Source: the human T2T-CHM13v2.0 reference genome, Homo sapiens. Taken from it: DNA of 64,000 bases. The translations under genes and the position numbers were made by a program. Under the pieces are notes generated by a model, which did no database searches, was not told where the DNA came from, and worked only from the letters and a program-made list of their open reading frames with translations. The stretch's first letter is position 1; each line of letters starts with the position of its first letter. The DNA lies in assembly GCF_009914755.1 (NCBI RefSeq), contig NC_060932.1, one strand, 5' to 3'. Below are positions 13,753 through 33,678 of this stretch, piece after piece.

Positions 13753-14269
13753 CTGGTTCATCTCTTGGCTTATTATTAGTGATGGAGCTGAGATAAATTA
13801 CTTGATTTCTGTGAACCTCCACCTCCTTATCTGTAAAATGAGGGATAATAAGAGATCCCAACTCATTAGTTAACTGGGTAAATAAGTCAATTAATGTAAA
13901 GTTATTGGCATGGCCTCTTACTGGCCTGTGATACTAGGGCTCAGTAAATGTGAGTTATTATTGTCAGAATGAAAGGAGACAATGAGTGAACAGCACGTGG
14001 CCCATAGTGAGTGTGGAGAAAATATTGTTTGGTATCATTACATCCCAACTTGAGCTTATTCCTCTGGACTTCTTTGTCTCACTCTGAAAAGCCTGCTCCC
14101 CTCCAATGTTCCCTCGCTCTGCAGATGGGGTCTTTATGCTCCCATTTTCCTACACACACACCTCCCCCCCGATATCCAAGCAATCACCAGGTTCTAGCTG
14201 CTGGGCCATATTAATCCCTTGCCAATCAATCTACTTCTTTCCATCCCTGGTTCCAGCCTGTAAGTGTCT

Positions 14270-14572
14270 TGTTAGGGACTGAATGTTTGTGTTATCACCT
14301 CAATTCACATGTTGAAATCCTAACCCACAATGTGATGGTATTCGAAGGTGGGGCTTTCGGATGGTAGTTAAGTCATAGGAGTGGAGCCCTCGATAATGGC
14401 ATTAGTGCCCTTATAAAAGAGACCCCAGAGAGCTCCGGAGCTCTTTCAGCCACCTGAGGACACAGTAAGAAGACGGCGGTCTCTGAACCAGGAAGTGGGC
14501 CCTCACCAGATACCAAATCTGCTGGAGCCTTGATTTGGGGTTTCTCAGCCTCCAAAACTGTGAGAAACAAGA
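14270..14572 (+). mobile_element. MLT1A-type MaLR LTR
   Basis: gactgaatgtttgtg...attagtgcccttataaaagagaccccagagagc. Confidence 0.8.
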
Positions 14573-15365
14573 AGCTGGAGATGATTGCAACACCTCTTCC
14601 TTGCATTAGGGCAAAGCTTCCTCCTGATCTCTCTGCCTCTAGTCTTGTCCCTGGCCAATCCATTCTTCACACTGCAGCAAGAGTGACTGTCCAAAATGCG
14701 CATCTAATCCAGTGATTTCCCTGAGGGCTTCGCTTTGCCCTCAGGCTGAAGTCCAATTATCTAATTGGATTGCAAAGCTTGTTAAGGTATGAACTTTGCT
14801 TTCCTCTCCAGAGTCAACTCCCAACCTCATTTCACTTTGTTTCTAGATACTGCTTTCTGGAGCCTCTGTATCCAGTGTTTTCTTCTAGAACCTCCTCACC
14901 TCACCACCCGGGTCCTCCAGCTCACTGCTTGGATGTCACTGGCACTAGGAAGTTTATCTGATTGCCACCAAACTAGATAGGGTGGTTGCCTCCAATTTAC
15001 TCTCCTAGAAACATGTGACTCTGCTGACAGTTATCACACTGTTTATAATTGCCTGTTTGTTTTCCACCTTTAGACCATAAAAGTCACCAAATAATGGTTA
15101 AATGCATATATGGGCAACAAACAAACAGCTGCTCTTTATCCTAAGTGGCCTGTGACACTGTTAGTGACTCTTGCAACAACATGGGTGGCCCTTTTCCAAC
15201 CTCTCCCTAACAACATATGTGCAATGCACCACCAGGCGTACAGGCAGGAAATCAGGAGAGCTGAGTTTAAGTTGTGTCTTTGCCATTTACTAGCTATGTG
15301 ATCTTGGTAAAGCCACTTACACATTTTGAGTATCAGTTTCCTCATCTAAAAAGTGGGGAAAATAT

Positions 15366-15676
15366 GGCCAGGCACAGTGGCTCATGCCTGTAATCCCAGT
15401 ACTTTGGGAGCCCAAGGCGGTGGATTACTTGAGGTCAGGAGTTCAAGACCAGCCTGGCCAACATGGTGAAACCCTGTGTCTACTAAAAATACAAATATAT
15501 ATATATATATATCAGGTGTGGTGGTGTGCACCTGTAATCCCAGCTACTCAGGAGGCTAAGGCAGGAGAATCATTTGAACCCAGGAGACAGGTTGCAGTGA
15601 GCTGAGATCATGCCACTGCACTCCAGCCTGGGTGACAAAGCGAGACTCTGTCTTAAAAAAAAAAAAAACAAAAAAA
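15366..15676 (+). mobile_element. AluS within a MIR
   Basis: Forward Alu dimer with (TA)n-expanded linker. Confidence 0.9.
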
Positions 15677-17445
15677 CAGGGAGCGGGATGCAGAATAAGC
15701 TCCAATAATGTCTATGTAGCTTTGTAAACTGCAAATCACCACGTGGTGCCAATTCCAACTCCTTCCTTTTTTCGGTTCTTGGTTTGCCCTCTTTTCTGCC
15801 TCAGACTCTCTCTTGCTTTCCTTTTCTTCCCCCTCCTCTTGTCCTGCAGGGGCCCCTAAGACTTGGCTGATGGCCTCTCTCTCATGGTTATCAGAGCACC
15901 CAGGGACAGAGGGTTACCATTCATTGAGGAGGAGCCCAGAAGAGTCTAGAACTGGTCAGCCAGGACACAGAGTCTGAGCTAACACTGACTCCTGGAGTGT
16001 TGCTTTGTCATTTATTCACTAGAGGACTGCTTCCCCCATCCTTGAGATGCTCTGTGATTTTCACGTAAAATTCCCAGAGCGGCGCCTTGCTTCTCATCCT
16101 AAACACTCAACATCGTTATCTTTCAGAGACACCCTGCAGGAACTTTCCCTTCTTTGAGTCAAATTTTTCTGCAACAACTAATGTAGCATTTAAAATGAGA
16201 AAGTTAGAAATTTGAGGATTCCTCTTAAGGCAAACACAGCAGCTGGAGAGAGAAGAAACAAAGTGGTTTTAAACACTTCATGTGTGCTAGGAGTGTTACA
16301 TATATTTATTTCATTTATTGACAACTGTGCAGGTGCATATTATTTTCTTCTTTTTATAGATGGGGAAACTAAGTTTGAATATATTATTTGCCTGAGAATA
16401 CATAGCTGGTAAATGATAGATTCAAATCCAGTTTAGACTCCATAGCCGAGGCTTTCTGTAATAGAAAAAGTGTTTTTAATTCACTTATTGTCAAATTTCT
16501 CCTTACCAGCAATTCAGAAATTACTTTTTCCCGTTTTCATTGCATATCCTAAGCCCATGTCAATTCTAAATAATCTGCCTAGGCTATAGAAGTATTCAAC
16601 TTAAACTGTGGGTTGACTAAAGGCCATAGGGGACTCATGCCAAGAAGCTAGAAACTTGAGAATGGTATAAGCAGGTCACTAGCTCTCTGTGGTCACAGCT
16701 ACTTCCTATAACTTCACTATTCTTAGAAACAACAATATAAGGCTGAGACGCACGCTAGTGGCCAGGAGGGAGATGATGGGGTTAGAGAAGAAGGAAGAAG
16801 GGGAAAGGCTTTCCAGTGTGGTCCAAAGCTGAGATGGTGGTCAGCAACTCATTCATTGATTACTGCATAACATACAATGCAGTTAACTAAATGGGGTGTC
16901 AAAGACCATAATGCATTAGAAATTCAGAAAAGGAGGGTCCAGTAGAAGACAAGATAACTGCAAAAGCCCTCAGCTGGCCAAGCACTATGGTATTTTTTGG
17001 TGGGTTCCTCACTCCTCTCCGGAGTAAAGTGCCTCGTTACGTACCTTTGCAGTCACTCTCACCGAGAGATGGAATCTATTTCCCCACCTCTTAAATCTGA
17101 ACTTGTCTTGTGACCTTTTTGACCAAGAGAAGGAAGCAGGTGTGGCTATGTGCCAGTGCTGAGCCTACCCTTCAAGAGATCCACTCTTGTGGAGCTGTGC
17201 TGCTACCATGTGAATTAGCCAGGGCTAGCCTGCTGGATGAGGAAAAACACATAGCCCAGTTGCCCCCATTAACCCAGCCAATGGCCAGAGTACTCTGCAG
17301 CTGATTGAAGGTGCATAAGAGAGTCCAATGAGGAACAGAAGAACAAGCCGGGCATGGTAGCTCATGCCTATAATCCCTACTGTTCTGTAATCCCTACCTA
17401 CTCTGTTCAAAACTACTGTTCAAAGGATTTGGGGTACATCATTAA

Positions 17446-17816
<371 letters not shown>

Positions 17817-17873
17817 TCATTCCATTTGGAGACACAGATAAAAAAGTAATAAGTCTAACAAATAAATGATACT

Positions 17874-18196
<323 letters not shown>

Positions 18197-18370
18197 TTAA
18201 GTGCTGTGGAATAACTAGAACTGAGTGAGGGAGTAAGAAACGTGGAATGGACTATGAATATCAGTTTTAAATAGGGTACTCAAGGTAGACACTTTGGGAG
18301 GCCAACGCAGGAAGATTGCTTGAGCTTAGGAGTTTGAGACTAGCCTGGACAACAGAGTGAGACCGACCCA

Positions 18371-18374
<4 letters not shown>

Positions 18375-18406
<32 letters not shown>

Positions 18407-18526
18407 TATATATGTATATATATGTATATATATACATATATACGCGTATATACGTATATATATACATATATACGCGTATATATGTATATATATACGTATA
18501 TACGCGTATATATGTATATATACAAG

Positions 18527-18573
<47 letters not shown>
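18375..18573. repeat. Compound (TA)n / 30-bp TATACGCGTATA VNTR / (TG)n
   Basis: Directly visible alternating purine-pyrimidine repeat. Confidence 0.95.
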
Positions 18574-18575
<2 letters not shown>

Positions 18576-19447
18576 AATGGAAGAACCATTCACTGGGCCC
18601 AGCATAAATTTCTGATAAGCCAATTGAGAAATAAATAAATGGTGGTAATTTTAAGCCTCTAAATCTTGATGTGGTTATTACATAGCAATAGCTAATGGAT
18701 ATAAGCACTTTAGAGCCTCAATATGAGCCTGTTTCCTCATCTGTTAAACTGGGATAAGAATTTTTTCCCCGCAGACATTTGGAGTCACTAAGCTAATAGG
18801 ACACCTGTAATAAATGTTGCATCAGAATAAGCACAAAACCCTACAAACAAATATTACTAATTCATTCTGAGAATATCCCTCATTTTCCCCACCTCTCATC
18901 TAAGGAAAGTACAGCCCTCCTGCTTTCCAGCCAGGCAGGTCCTTGGATATTCTACTGGGGTTGTGTGAAGCAAATTCAGTATTCCCCATCCCTAGATCTA
19001 GTCAATTCAGCAGCAGGCAGATTCTGCAGGACTGAACAGTTCAATGTGCATGCCCAAGTGAGTTTTAAGGACGACAGGTTGATTTTGGCTTCCTGAACAC
19101 AATTTAAATTGATGAGATCTCAGTGAATTCTTTCTCCCAATCCTGGGGAGGCGGGGGCGGGGCGAGGGAGGGTGTTCAGATAATGCTTTAATCACATTGT
19201 GAATAAAAACTGTTTGCTGAGCTCTGATACTGAGAAGGCACTGGATTTTCCCAGCTGAAGAATCGTGGGCTTCTTCAGTAAGAGCCCTTTCAGAAACTAA
19301 GGAAACTGTCTGTTCCCACTTTAGTTGTCAACAACTCCTCTCTAACCTCTCAAAAGCAATCAGCCAACAAGTATTTGTTTAGATCTGAGCTATCTGCACC
19401 ATCCTAGGTGCTTGGTAAAAAGTGAGACAGTAGAAGCCATAGTATCT

Positions 19448-20047
<600 letters not shown>

Positions 20048-20457
20048 GGAGTTTTGCCAACCTCAGTTGGGAAAACCACACAGCTCACATGGAGTCAGTG
20101 GTAGCAACTGGGGTGGAGAGAGCAACTGTGAGTTCAGAAGATGAAGAAAGCCAAGAGAATCTGTGAGGCATACAATATGTATCTTTAAGACACCGCTGGT
20201 GCACTGGGGCCAGCTCGTACAGGCTCACTAGAGCCAATTATGCACAACCCTTCCAAACTCGGGGTTCAGTGTTGTCGTATTGGTAGCTTGCAACCAATCA
20301 TGTTAGTAGCTTGGTGGGAGGATTTACACCATGAAAAATGGCAAACCCTCCAAATCAGAGTTTCCTTTTTTTTTTTCTTTTTAGTAAGAGTTCAGTGTTT
20401 AAACATTTTGTATCATACCACTAATTGGACCCCACCTCCAACCATACCCTAGGAGGT

Positions 20458-20816
20458 TGATATGGTTTGGCTGTGTCCCCACCTAAATCTCAACTTGAAT
20501 TGTATCTCCCAGAATTCCCACGTGTTGTGGGAGGGTCCCAGGGGGAGGTAATTGAATCATGGGGGCTGGTCTTTCCTGTGCTATTATCGTGATAATGAAT
20601 AAGTCTCATGAGATCTGATGGGTTTATCAGGGGTTTCTGCTTATGCTTCTTCCTCATTTTTCTCTTGCCGCCACCATTTAAGTAAGAAGTGCCTTTCACC
20701 TCTGGCCATGATTCTGAGGCCTCCTCAACCATGTGGAACTGTAAATCCAATTAAACCTCTTTTTCTTCCCAGTCTTGGGTATGTCTTTATCAGCAGCATG
20801 AAAATGGACTAATACA
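20458..20816 (+). mobile_element. THE1A-type solo LTR
   Basis: tgatatggtttggctgtgtcccc...gggtttatcaggggtttc...actaataca; 5-bp TSD gaggt/gaggg. Confidence 0.9.
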
Positions 20817-21902
20817 GAGGGCTACAAATGTATGTCCTTTAATAAAAAGCATAGAGGGCAATCAAGTGTCACCCAAAAAGGGAGATCACCATGGCAAAGT
20901 TTCAGGGGAAAGTTTTTGGGAAGAGAGTCTCTCAAAGAAGCAGCCAAGCTAATCTGTATAAAGGAAGAGAAACAGAGCACAGAATGGGTACAAAGGGATG
21001 ATTCCATGGGAAAGGCATGGAGGTTGGGCTGACATGGTGTGATAGAAAATCTCCACCAAGAAAACACCCAACTGACACTGAATTCAGCTTCTTACCAAGT
21101 GGGATGGGATGCTTTCCAAAATTGAACTAAAAATTACCTCGTCTTTCACGCCCCCACCAAAGTCATTCCTAGCTCTCTGAAAGCTTTGCAAACCTTGATG
21201 AACACAATCCACATGTATCTTCAGGAATAGAATCTGGGCTCAGCATCTGTTTGGAGTTCTCTGAATTTTTCTGCATGGAAACATGAGCTGGTAAATAGAC
21301 ACTAAAATGCTGAATGTCTGGGTTCTTTCCCCATCTCTGGAACTGCTTTGCTCAGTAACATTGGGCAAGTTGTCTCAATACTGAATTTCCCCACTTGAAA
21401 ATGATCAATTTACATTCTTCGCTCCTTGTTAAAGATGAACAATATCATCTTTGGGAAATATTTTAAGCTCTTCTAAGAAAGACATAAACAATTATATGTG
21501 TATGAGAAATAGAATAATATTATTGTTATTACAAATAAAAATACAGATATCCTCCAAAGGCTGAAAAAGGAGAGCAAGCTCTATTAACTCTTTCTGTTGT
21601 CAGGGAAGCCTCCTCCTCCAGATCATAAATTTACCAAAGCAATTCCCCTCCCTGGCTATGGTATACCAGCCTCCAATCACTGGTTCAGAGTATCAGGCTA
21701 GCCAGTCATAGGAATGTGGGCGTGAAGGCAATACCCTGCTCAGATGCCATGGTTGGGTGTGCCATTTATCCTCCCTCCAATCCTCTCTCCTTCACAGCAC
21801 TGTTCTTTCTCTGTGGCACTCCAGCCCTGATGAGGCCACCAATTTGCTTTGCCTCACTTGTACCATGCCTCCAGCACAACTTGGCATACCTGTAGCTCTT
21901 TA

Positions 21903-22238
<336 letters not shown>

Positions 22239-23064
22239 CTAAATTCTTGATCACCAACATCAAATGGGCATCAAGACCACTCAACAAGGTTTCTGTACTT
22301 TCCTAATGAAACTTTTATTCTTCTCAACACAAAAGCTGTCTCTTACCTTCTCTAAATCTCCCTCTACCCTCAGATAATAATCTTACCTTACTCCTAATTT
22401 ATAACGTAGAACCCACCAAAATGGCCTCACTTTCCTACCACTAAATCCATAGACCTACCTGCCACTATACCCATCTCTTTCCACTCCTCTTGCAAGGAAG
22501 AAAGAGTCCCTTCTCCTTCCATAACCCAGTTCCAAGTGAGTCTTCAATTTCATCTCTCATTTCTTCCAAGACTCCAGACCACTGTTGATTACCTCTCTCT
22601 CTTTAGTCTTCAATCTCTTTTCTTGATTATTTCTGTGAACATTCTAAGATGTGCCAGTAACTACTATCTTTCATATTTAACTTTTTATTTTTAAAGTAAT
22701 GTGTGTGTGCACACATGCACACTGTGTGTGTTTGTGTGTGCATGGAGTGGGTGGGGGGAAGGGAAACAAAAATGGAAAAATGTTACAAGTTGTTGAATCA
22801 AGGAAGAATATATTAAGGTTTGGGCGGTTCTTGTAACTTTTCTCTAGGTGTGGGATTATTTCAAATGCCCCTTTCTCAGAGGTCTTCCCTAACTACCAGA
22901 TATAAAGTAGTGACTTAGTATTGTTTTCTCAGCAGGTAACTGTTCTTTTTAGGCATAGATCTTACTATACTATGGAGTTCTAGGCACACAGCAGCTGTCT
23001 CAGCCATGTTCAACCTGTGACTCACATGTGACCACACATACCTGAGAGACAGTAGGAGTAGACC

Positions 23065-23920
<856 letters not shown>

Positions 23921-24531
23921 GGTGGATCCCTCTATGATGAGGGTCTAAGGAGCCTCCAGGAAATGAGTATAGGTGCATACATTTGTTCAAAGACAGTGGG
24001 TCACTCTTGGAGAGGAAGGCAGTTCTGAGCTCACACAGTGCCTGTCACTCACTGCTGCTCAGCCTAGTGGATTCAAGCACCCCTCCTTTGTGGCTGTCTG
24101 CACCCTATTTACACTTTGCAAGCTGCATATTCAAATATTTCGCTTCACTGAAACCATTAATTTATAGGCTGCACACTTCTTAAAGGCCAAATCACATCTT
24201 TTCTCCTTAGCTCTAGAGCCTGGGCTATAGTAGATACAAGGGGGTACCTGGTGATTCAAAACCTGACCTTTTCATGTGACGGGAGGTCAACCAATGGACT
24301 TCATTCATGTACTTACCTTCACTAAGGGCCCCCTGGTCTGCCGAGCTGTTTGTTGTTTTTGTTGTTGTTTGGAGGAAGGTAAGAAGACAGGAAATAAACA
24401 CATCTGCAAGCGTTCAAAGGCCCTTTTGAGAGTCAGCAAATGAATTGAGACCTCAATTCTTCTCTTTTTAAAGTTCAACATTATTAGGAACTCTCTGATA
24501 AAGTAGACACTTGTAGAAAAATCCTCAGAGG

Positions 24532-24847
24532 AGGCTGGGCGTGGTGGCTCACACCTGTAATCCCAGCACTTTGGGAGGTGGAGGCAGGAGGATTGCTTGA
24601 GGCCAGGAGCAACATAGTGAGCCTGAGAGATCAACCTGGGCAACATAGCAAGACCCCACCTCTAAAAAAATAAAAAAATTAGTCAGGGGTGGTGGCACAT
24701 GCCTGTAGTCTCAACTATTTGGGAGGCTGAAGTGAAGGAATCAATTGATCCTAGGAGTTGGAAGCTGCGGTGAGTTATGATCCGGCCACTGTGCTACAGC
24801 CTGGGCAACAGTGAGACTCTGCTTCTAAAAAAAAAAAAAAAAAAAAA
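24532..24847 (+). mobile_element. AluJ
   Basis: Forward Alu dimer with a short internal duplication near 24609. Confidence 0.85.
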
Positions 24848-25945
24848 CAGGAAAGAAGAATCCCCAGAGTTGTACTACCACAAGGAGAAAAGTTCTGAAC
24901 TGTGGGCTAAACCTGTGTTCTTGGGGACTTGCTGCCTCCTAAGAGCATGTCTAATGTCCTGAAACACCTCCAGATCCAAGCTTCTCAGCATTAGGGTCTT
25001 GCTTTGGAATAATGCCTGAGTGTCTAAGTGTGAATTAAAAGAGCTCTAAATTAGAGTCCAAAGTTAAGGCACCAGTGCCATTGGTGAGAGATCTGGACAA
25101 GCAGCGCATCCTCAGCATCATGGATGAGCACCCACGGGAGTGAGAGGGACCAGCTTTCATCAGCACTAGTGAGTCTGTGAAGCAGTGCCAGTGGTACACT
25201 GACTCGGCTACTGTTCTCTCTGCCTGGCAGACTAGTCTAGCATTTGGGGCTGAGCAGGTGTCTGATGCTCTAAGACAAATCAGAGATGCCTCAAGAGGGA
25301 GATGTACTTCCTGCTAAGTTGGGCACGTGGGATCTTCAATGATTCATTGGAAAAATGGAGAGACGTGATCACATTTGCACATCCAGACTGCTGATACAGA
25401 TTATGCTAGCTTTAGTAGATATTCGATAAAAGTTTGATGCACAAATGCTTGTTGTAATTTCTTCTGCCCCATTCATTGTCTAGGTCTACTTTTTACCCCA
25501 GAGGATACTAGCAAATTAGAGGAGAAAGGGCTACATAATGAGAAGGGAGAAGAAGGTAGCTTAGAACTATGATTATATCCACTGGCTATGAGCTTCCTTT
25601 AGATTTAAAATGTTCTTATTGATTTCAGCAGGGATACATTTACATACAATTGTTCCTCAAATCAGCAAGTATTTATTGTGTACTTGTACAAAGTGAAACT
25701 TTGCTCCAAAAACCTTGCCTATTATAGTATTTAGAATTCACTGTCAGTCATGCTTCATTACTATGCAGGATGAATCATAGACCAACCTCTCTGTGGTATC
25801 AAGAAAAGAGGTTACAGTAAAATAGAGCCCACGTATTTAAATATCTAGATTTTCTTCCCTGTTCAGACACAAAAAGGTTGTGAACAACCAGTGATATTCC
25901 CAGTCCCAGTTATCTTCAATTATACAATAAATATGCAATGATCTA

Positions 25946-27460
<1,515 letters not shown>

Positions 27461-27607
27461 TGGTGGTATTTCATCAGCTCCTACCCTTCTTCCCTCACCA
27501 CATTACCTTTCCCACCTCAGCTCCCAGGTCTGGGTGCTCTTATGTCTCCTCATGCACTTAGAGACTCTTTTGTTGCCAACCAGACCCAAAGTTGATTTCT
27601 CCACTGA

Positions 27608-28525
<918 letters not shown>

Positions 28526-28719
28526 CTAGGAACTACTGTTTGAACAGCAGTGGCGCACGTTATGCCCTTTGGACCCTGAACTTTGGACTCAGTTCCTTGT
28601 AGAGGGATCCTCAGATGTCCCCAACCATAAGCTCTGTCATGGCCCAATTTCTGAGCCAACTGAAAAGCTGGGAATGCTTTAGATAACCTCAAGCCTACTT
28701 CACTTCCCATCCTCCCTTA

Positions 28720-29700
28720 GGAAAGCGAAGGCGCTGACTTCAGTCACCTCTCATTCTCTCTTTCACCCACTTGCAACCTGGCTTTTAGCATACTGCACCG
28801 TTCCACTCCCGGAAACCCATTACCTCAAAGGTTTCTAGAGGTGGCACTCAAGTGGCTTTTTCAACCCTCGTCCTCTCTAATTTTCTGCCATGCCCAAACT
28901 ATTGACCACTACTTATTAAAACTCTTTCCCTTGGTTTCCATACTACCAGCATTCTCATCTGTCTCTCTGTGACTCCATTTTCTTCCTTAGATTCCTTCCC
29001 TAAGCATCCCTTAAAATCAGGCCTTCCCCACGGTCTGCCTCTCCATACACTCTTCCTTCCAAATGATCTCCCTTGCTTCAGTGATAACCTCTAATGATGA
29101 CTCCTGAATCTACACATGGAGCTCTGGCCTCTCTCCCAGACTCCAGCCTGTATTTCCCGACTGTTTTTTAGATATGCCACATGCATGTCCCACTTGAATT
29201 CAAACTCCCCTAACCGATGCTGAACTCCTAATCATCACTCAGCAAACACTCTTCTTCCTGTGACACCCCCCAACCTCGTCTCCATGAATGAATGGCATTA
29301 CCACTTACCCTGGGCTAGCAATCTCTAGTTTTCTCCCTCCTTCCTGCAGCGAACCTGCTAGATCAGGTCATGTCAAGTCTAACTCCATGACCCCTCTCAA
29401 GCCCATCCTGTCTATTCCATTTCCACGGCCGTCTTTCCAGTCCAGCCACCAGTTCTTTGCATGGAGACTCTCACAGTGGGCCCCTCATTGATTTCACTGC
29501 CTCCAAGTTACCCTCAGTCCAATTTCTCCTGCATACTATTGACTTCCATCTTTCTGCAACACAGATTAGTTCATGTACATTTCCTATTCAAAAAAAAATG
29601 TTCATACTTAAAAAAACCTCCAGACTCCTGGATGCAGCCCTGAACATCTTCTTCATGTGCCTCCAACTTAACTCCGCTGCCTCATCTTCCTCGTAATCCC
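28720..29700 (+). mobile_element. L2 fragment
   Basis: C/T-rich L2-like ORF2/3' sequence (gatgactcctgaatctac, ctctctcccagactccag). Confidence 0.6.
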
Positions 29701-29805
29701 CATGCACAGCACGACTGAGTAGCCTGCCCAGACCTCTGACAGCCTGGCACCACACACACCCCTCCCATGCAATCCTCTCATCCTTTAAACCAGACATTCT
29801 TCTTC

Positions 29806-30404
<599 letters not shown>

Positions 30405-31244
30405 TAGATGGCGATCTCTCTCACCTATTAATCAGCAAGTTTTCCCGGGGCAAGCAGCAGGTCTTACTGGCACTGTTTTTCTGCATCCTGGGTGCAGTTC
30501 TGCTGCTCTCAGCCGTTGTGCCTCTGCTTATCAGCTCATGATGGTTACTGTGAAGGCTGAACTCATGTGGCATGGCTGGGTTGCTTGGGGGAAAGGGCCT
30601 GAGCCTGCCACCAAAGAGACACAGCTTTTCAACTGAACTATATCACTTATTAATGGTACAACTTAGAGCAAATTTCTTACCCACTCCTAACCTCAATTTC
30701 CTCATCAATAAATCAAAATAATGGTAACCTGATACAGAATAAGTGACATGATATATACAAGAGTGTCTGGACATAGAAGGCTCTCAGTTATGGATTGGAT
30801 TTGTTATGCTCTCCCTGCAAAGCCCACCTCTGTTTTTCGTTTTTGTTTTTTAACCTGAAAAAAAATCACAATCCGAAAAATAATAACGATTTGAAATTTT
30901 AAAACTAAAAAAAAAAATCGAGGGGATAAAACTAGTAGCTAATATAGAAAGGTGATAAGTGCTATAAAATTTGTATTATAGTGCTTACCACATCATATTA
31001 TAATAATTTATGGGCTGTGTGTCTCTTCTGTGAGCTTTACAAGGAAAAGGACTATGACCCTTTATCCCTAACACCAGAACAGGTCTTGGCATGGAGGAAG
31101 CATTCAGGATATGCTTATTGTCTACTTGAAGAGCAATTTCACAATATCTTTCACGAATTACATTGCACCTACCCTTTGCCCTAAATATTCCACTTCTAGG
31201 AATTTATCTTACAGATAAACTTGTACAAGTATGCAAAGAGATAA

Positions 31245-31614
<370 letters not shown>

Positions 31615-31792
31615 AACAAAAAACACTTTAAATGTCCATAATTAAGGTCCAGTTTAAAAAACAAATAAAGACATACCAAGGAATACTATGTAATGTTAAA
31701 AAAAAAAAATGTGCAGTAGATCTCCAGATACTGGTATGAAGAGGTGCCTAATAACATATTGCTAAATGAAAAAAGCCAGCTGCATAGTGCAA

Positions 31793-31830
<38 letters not shown>

Positions 31831-33678
31831 CTCTATGTGCAAGAACAATTTCTTGAAGGATATATGGGGAACTGTTTCTAGTGGTTACTTCTATAGACTG
31901 AGACTAAGAAATCAGGAGTGGGAGGAAGGATTTCCACACTCACTGTATATCCTGTGTACAATTTGAACTTTTTACCATGAACAGGAACTAATTTTGAAAA
32001 ATAAAATATAAATGTAAAAAATGAAATTAGCAAAAAATATTTGTTGAATAATTCAACTTTGGGCTTGTCTGGGTAGCCTTTGTGTGTTTGATTATTAATT
32101 TCTATCAGCAGGATAAAGAAAGTGATAGATGTGCAGGCTCCTTTCGTTTCCCTTGATGTAAGTTCAAAGACCATAAGGAACAATTTAGGGAACACTCAGT
32201 TGCTCAGCGGGAGTCCCTTGTGGCTTATCAGTGTCACTAAGAGCACCAGATGCATTTATAATCCCATCCGTAAGTGTCGATTGTGGCTTGTTCTCCATGA
32301 TCAGTTACCAGCCCCGTCTTACACTCTGTTAGCAGAAAGCACATCCTCACCAGGACAAAAGGGGGTATGGAGAAAATCAGCTTTGCTGATTGTCTCTGCA
32401 GACTTCACTGCTCTTTCCCTGGGAGCCATGTGCTGCCTTAACAGTTGGCCCAGAGCTGGCACTGCATAAAGGAGAGGAATCTATAGCAGCAAGAGGTGGT
32501 GATTAATTTTAAGCTGTCATGGAAAATGTTTTTGCACTCTAATGTCAGAGAACTGTATTATTATTATAGGTCTAACGTTTTCTTGCCAAAGCTGTGTGTT
32601 TGCTCTCAGGATACAAAATGAATACAGAAAGCTTTCTGGTTGGCTGTCAGTAGCATCTTTTGGAGAAGGGAGAAAAGGAAGGCTGCCAAACCAGCCAGGT
32701 TCCACAGCAGCCCTCATGGGGCAGGTCCTTCCCCACCTGCCCCCTCTCCCTGCCCCAGGCTGGAGGAAGCCCTGGCCACTCCCTTCTGCCCTAAATGTTG
32801 TCCAGCTGAATACAGTTTTGCTCTCTCAGCCATCTGACCCACAAAGTCTACTGGAAATCTCAGATAGGGGCAGACACCCTGGAGAAGCAAAGGATAGAGA
32901 AAGTCAAGATTTGATAGAAAAGAAGACAAGACTGTAGCCGCAAGTAGGGAAAAAAAAATGGGCCGAGAGCAACAAGTCCATGGAGGTCTTTAAGATCCAT
33001 GCCATCTGGGTCTGAGTCAGAAACAAGTACAGCAAACATGTGTGCCCTACCACCACTCTCCCTTCCTGCTATACACACAGAGGGAGAAAGAGAGGAGGAG
33101 GAAGAGGGAGAGAGGCAAGAACTGACTAGCTTTTGGACTTCAATACAATATTTATTTCTTGCATAATCTGCCAGCAAATTAGATCAAAGAGCTGTCGGTT
33201 TTTTAAATCATGCAATTCATTAAGGGAACAAACTTTAAATATACTTAGTCTAAAATAACATTTACCAAGAGGCAGGATTGATTTATCTAGCTAGAGCAGA
33301 TCTAGGAACTGGAAGAGAGTACAAAAAAAAAAAAGAGAGAGAATCAGAATACTGACTTTATAGCACTTTCAAAAAACTTGAGATAATCATGTTAATAAAA
33401 ATGGCTATTTATTGAGGTCTACCCTGGGCCAGACCAGGCACTTTACAAAGTGTTTATCTGTAATCCTATCACATAGTAAATATAGTTATTCTCATTTTTC
33501 AGATGAGAAATCTGAGAATTGGAGAACTTGCAAAGGGCACCTCACAAGTAAGTGGTGAGTACTGCCCATCTGTCTGCCTGTCTGCTTGTCTGTCTGTCCA
33601 CTGGACCAGGCTGCTCTGTGGTATGCACTATCAAGAGGGATACATGCAGTATCCAGTCTACATAAAACAATTTTTTTT

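Noticed and set aside
18267-18708. Tyr/Ile-rich ORFs in all frames
   Set aside because: Translations of the TA/TG microsatellite
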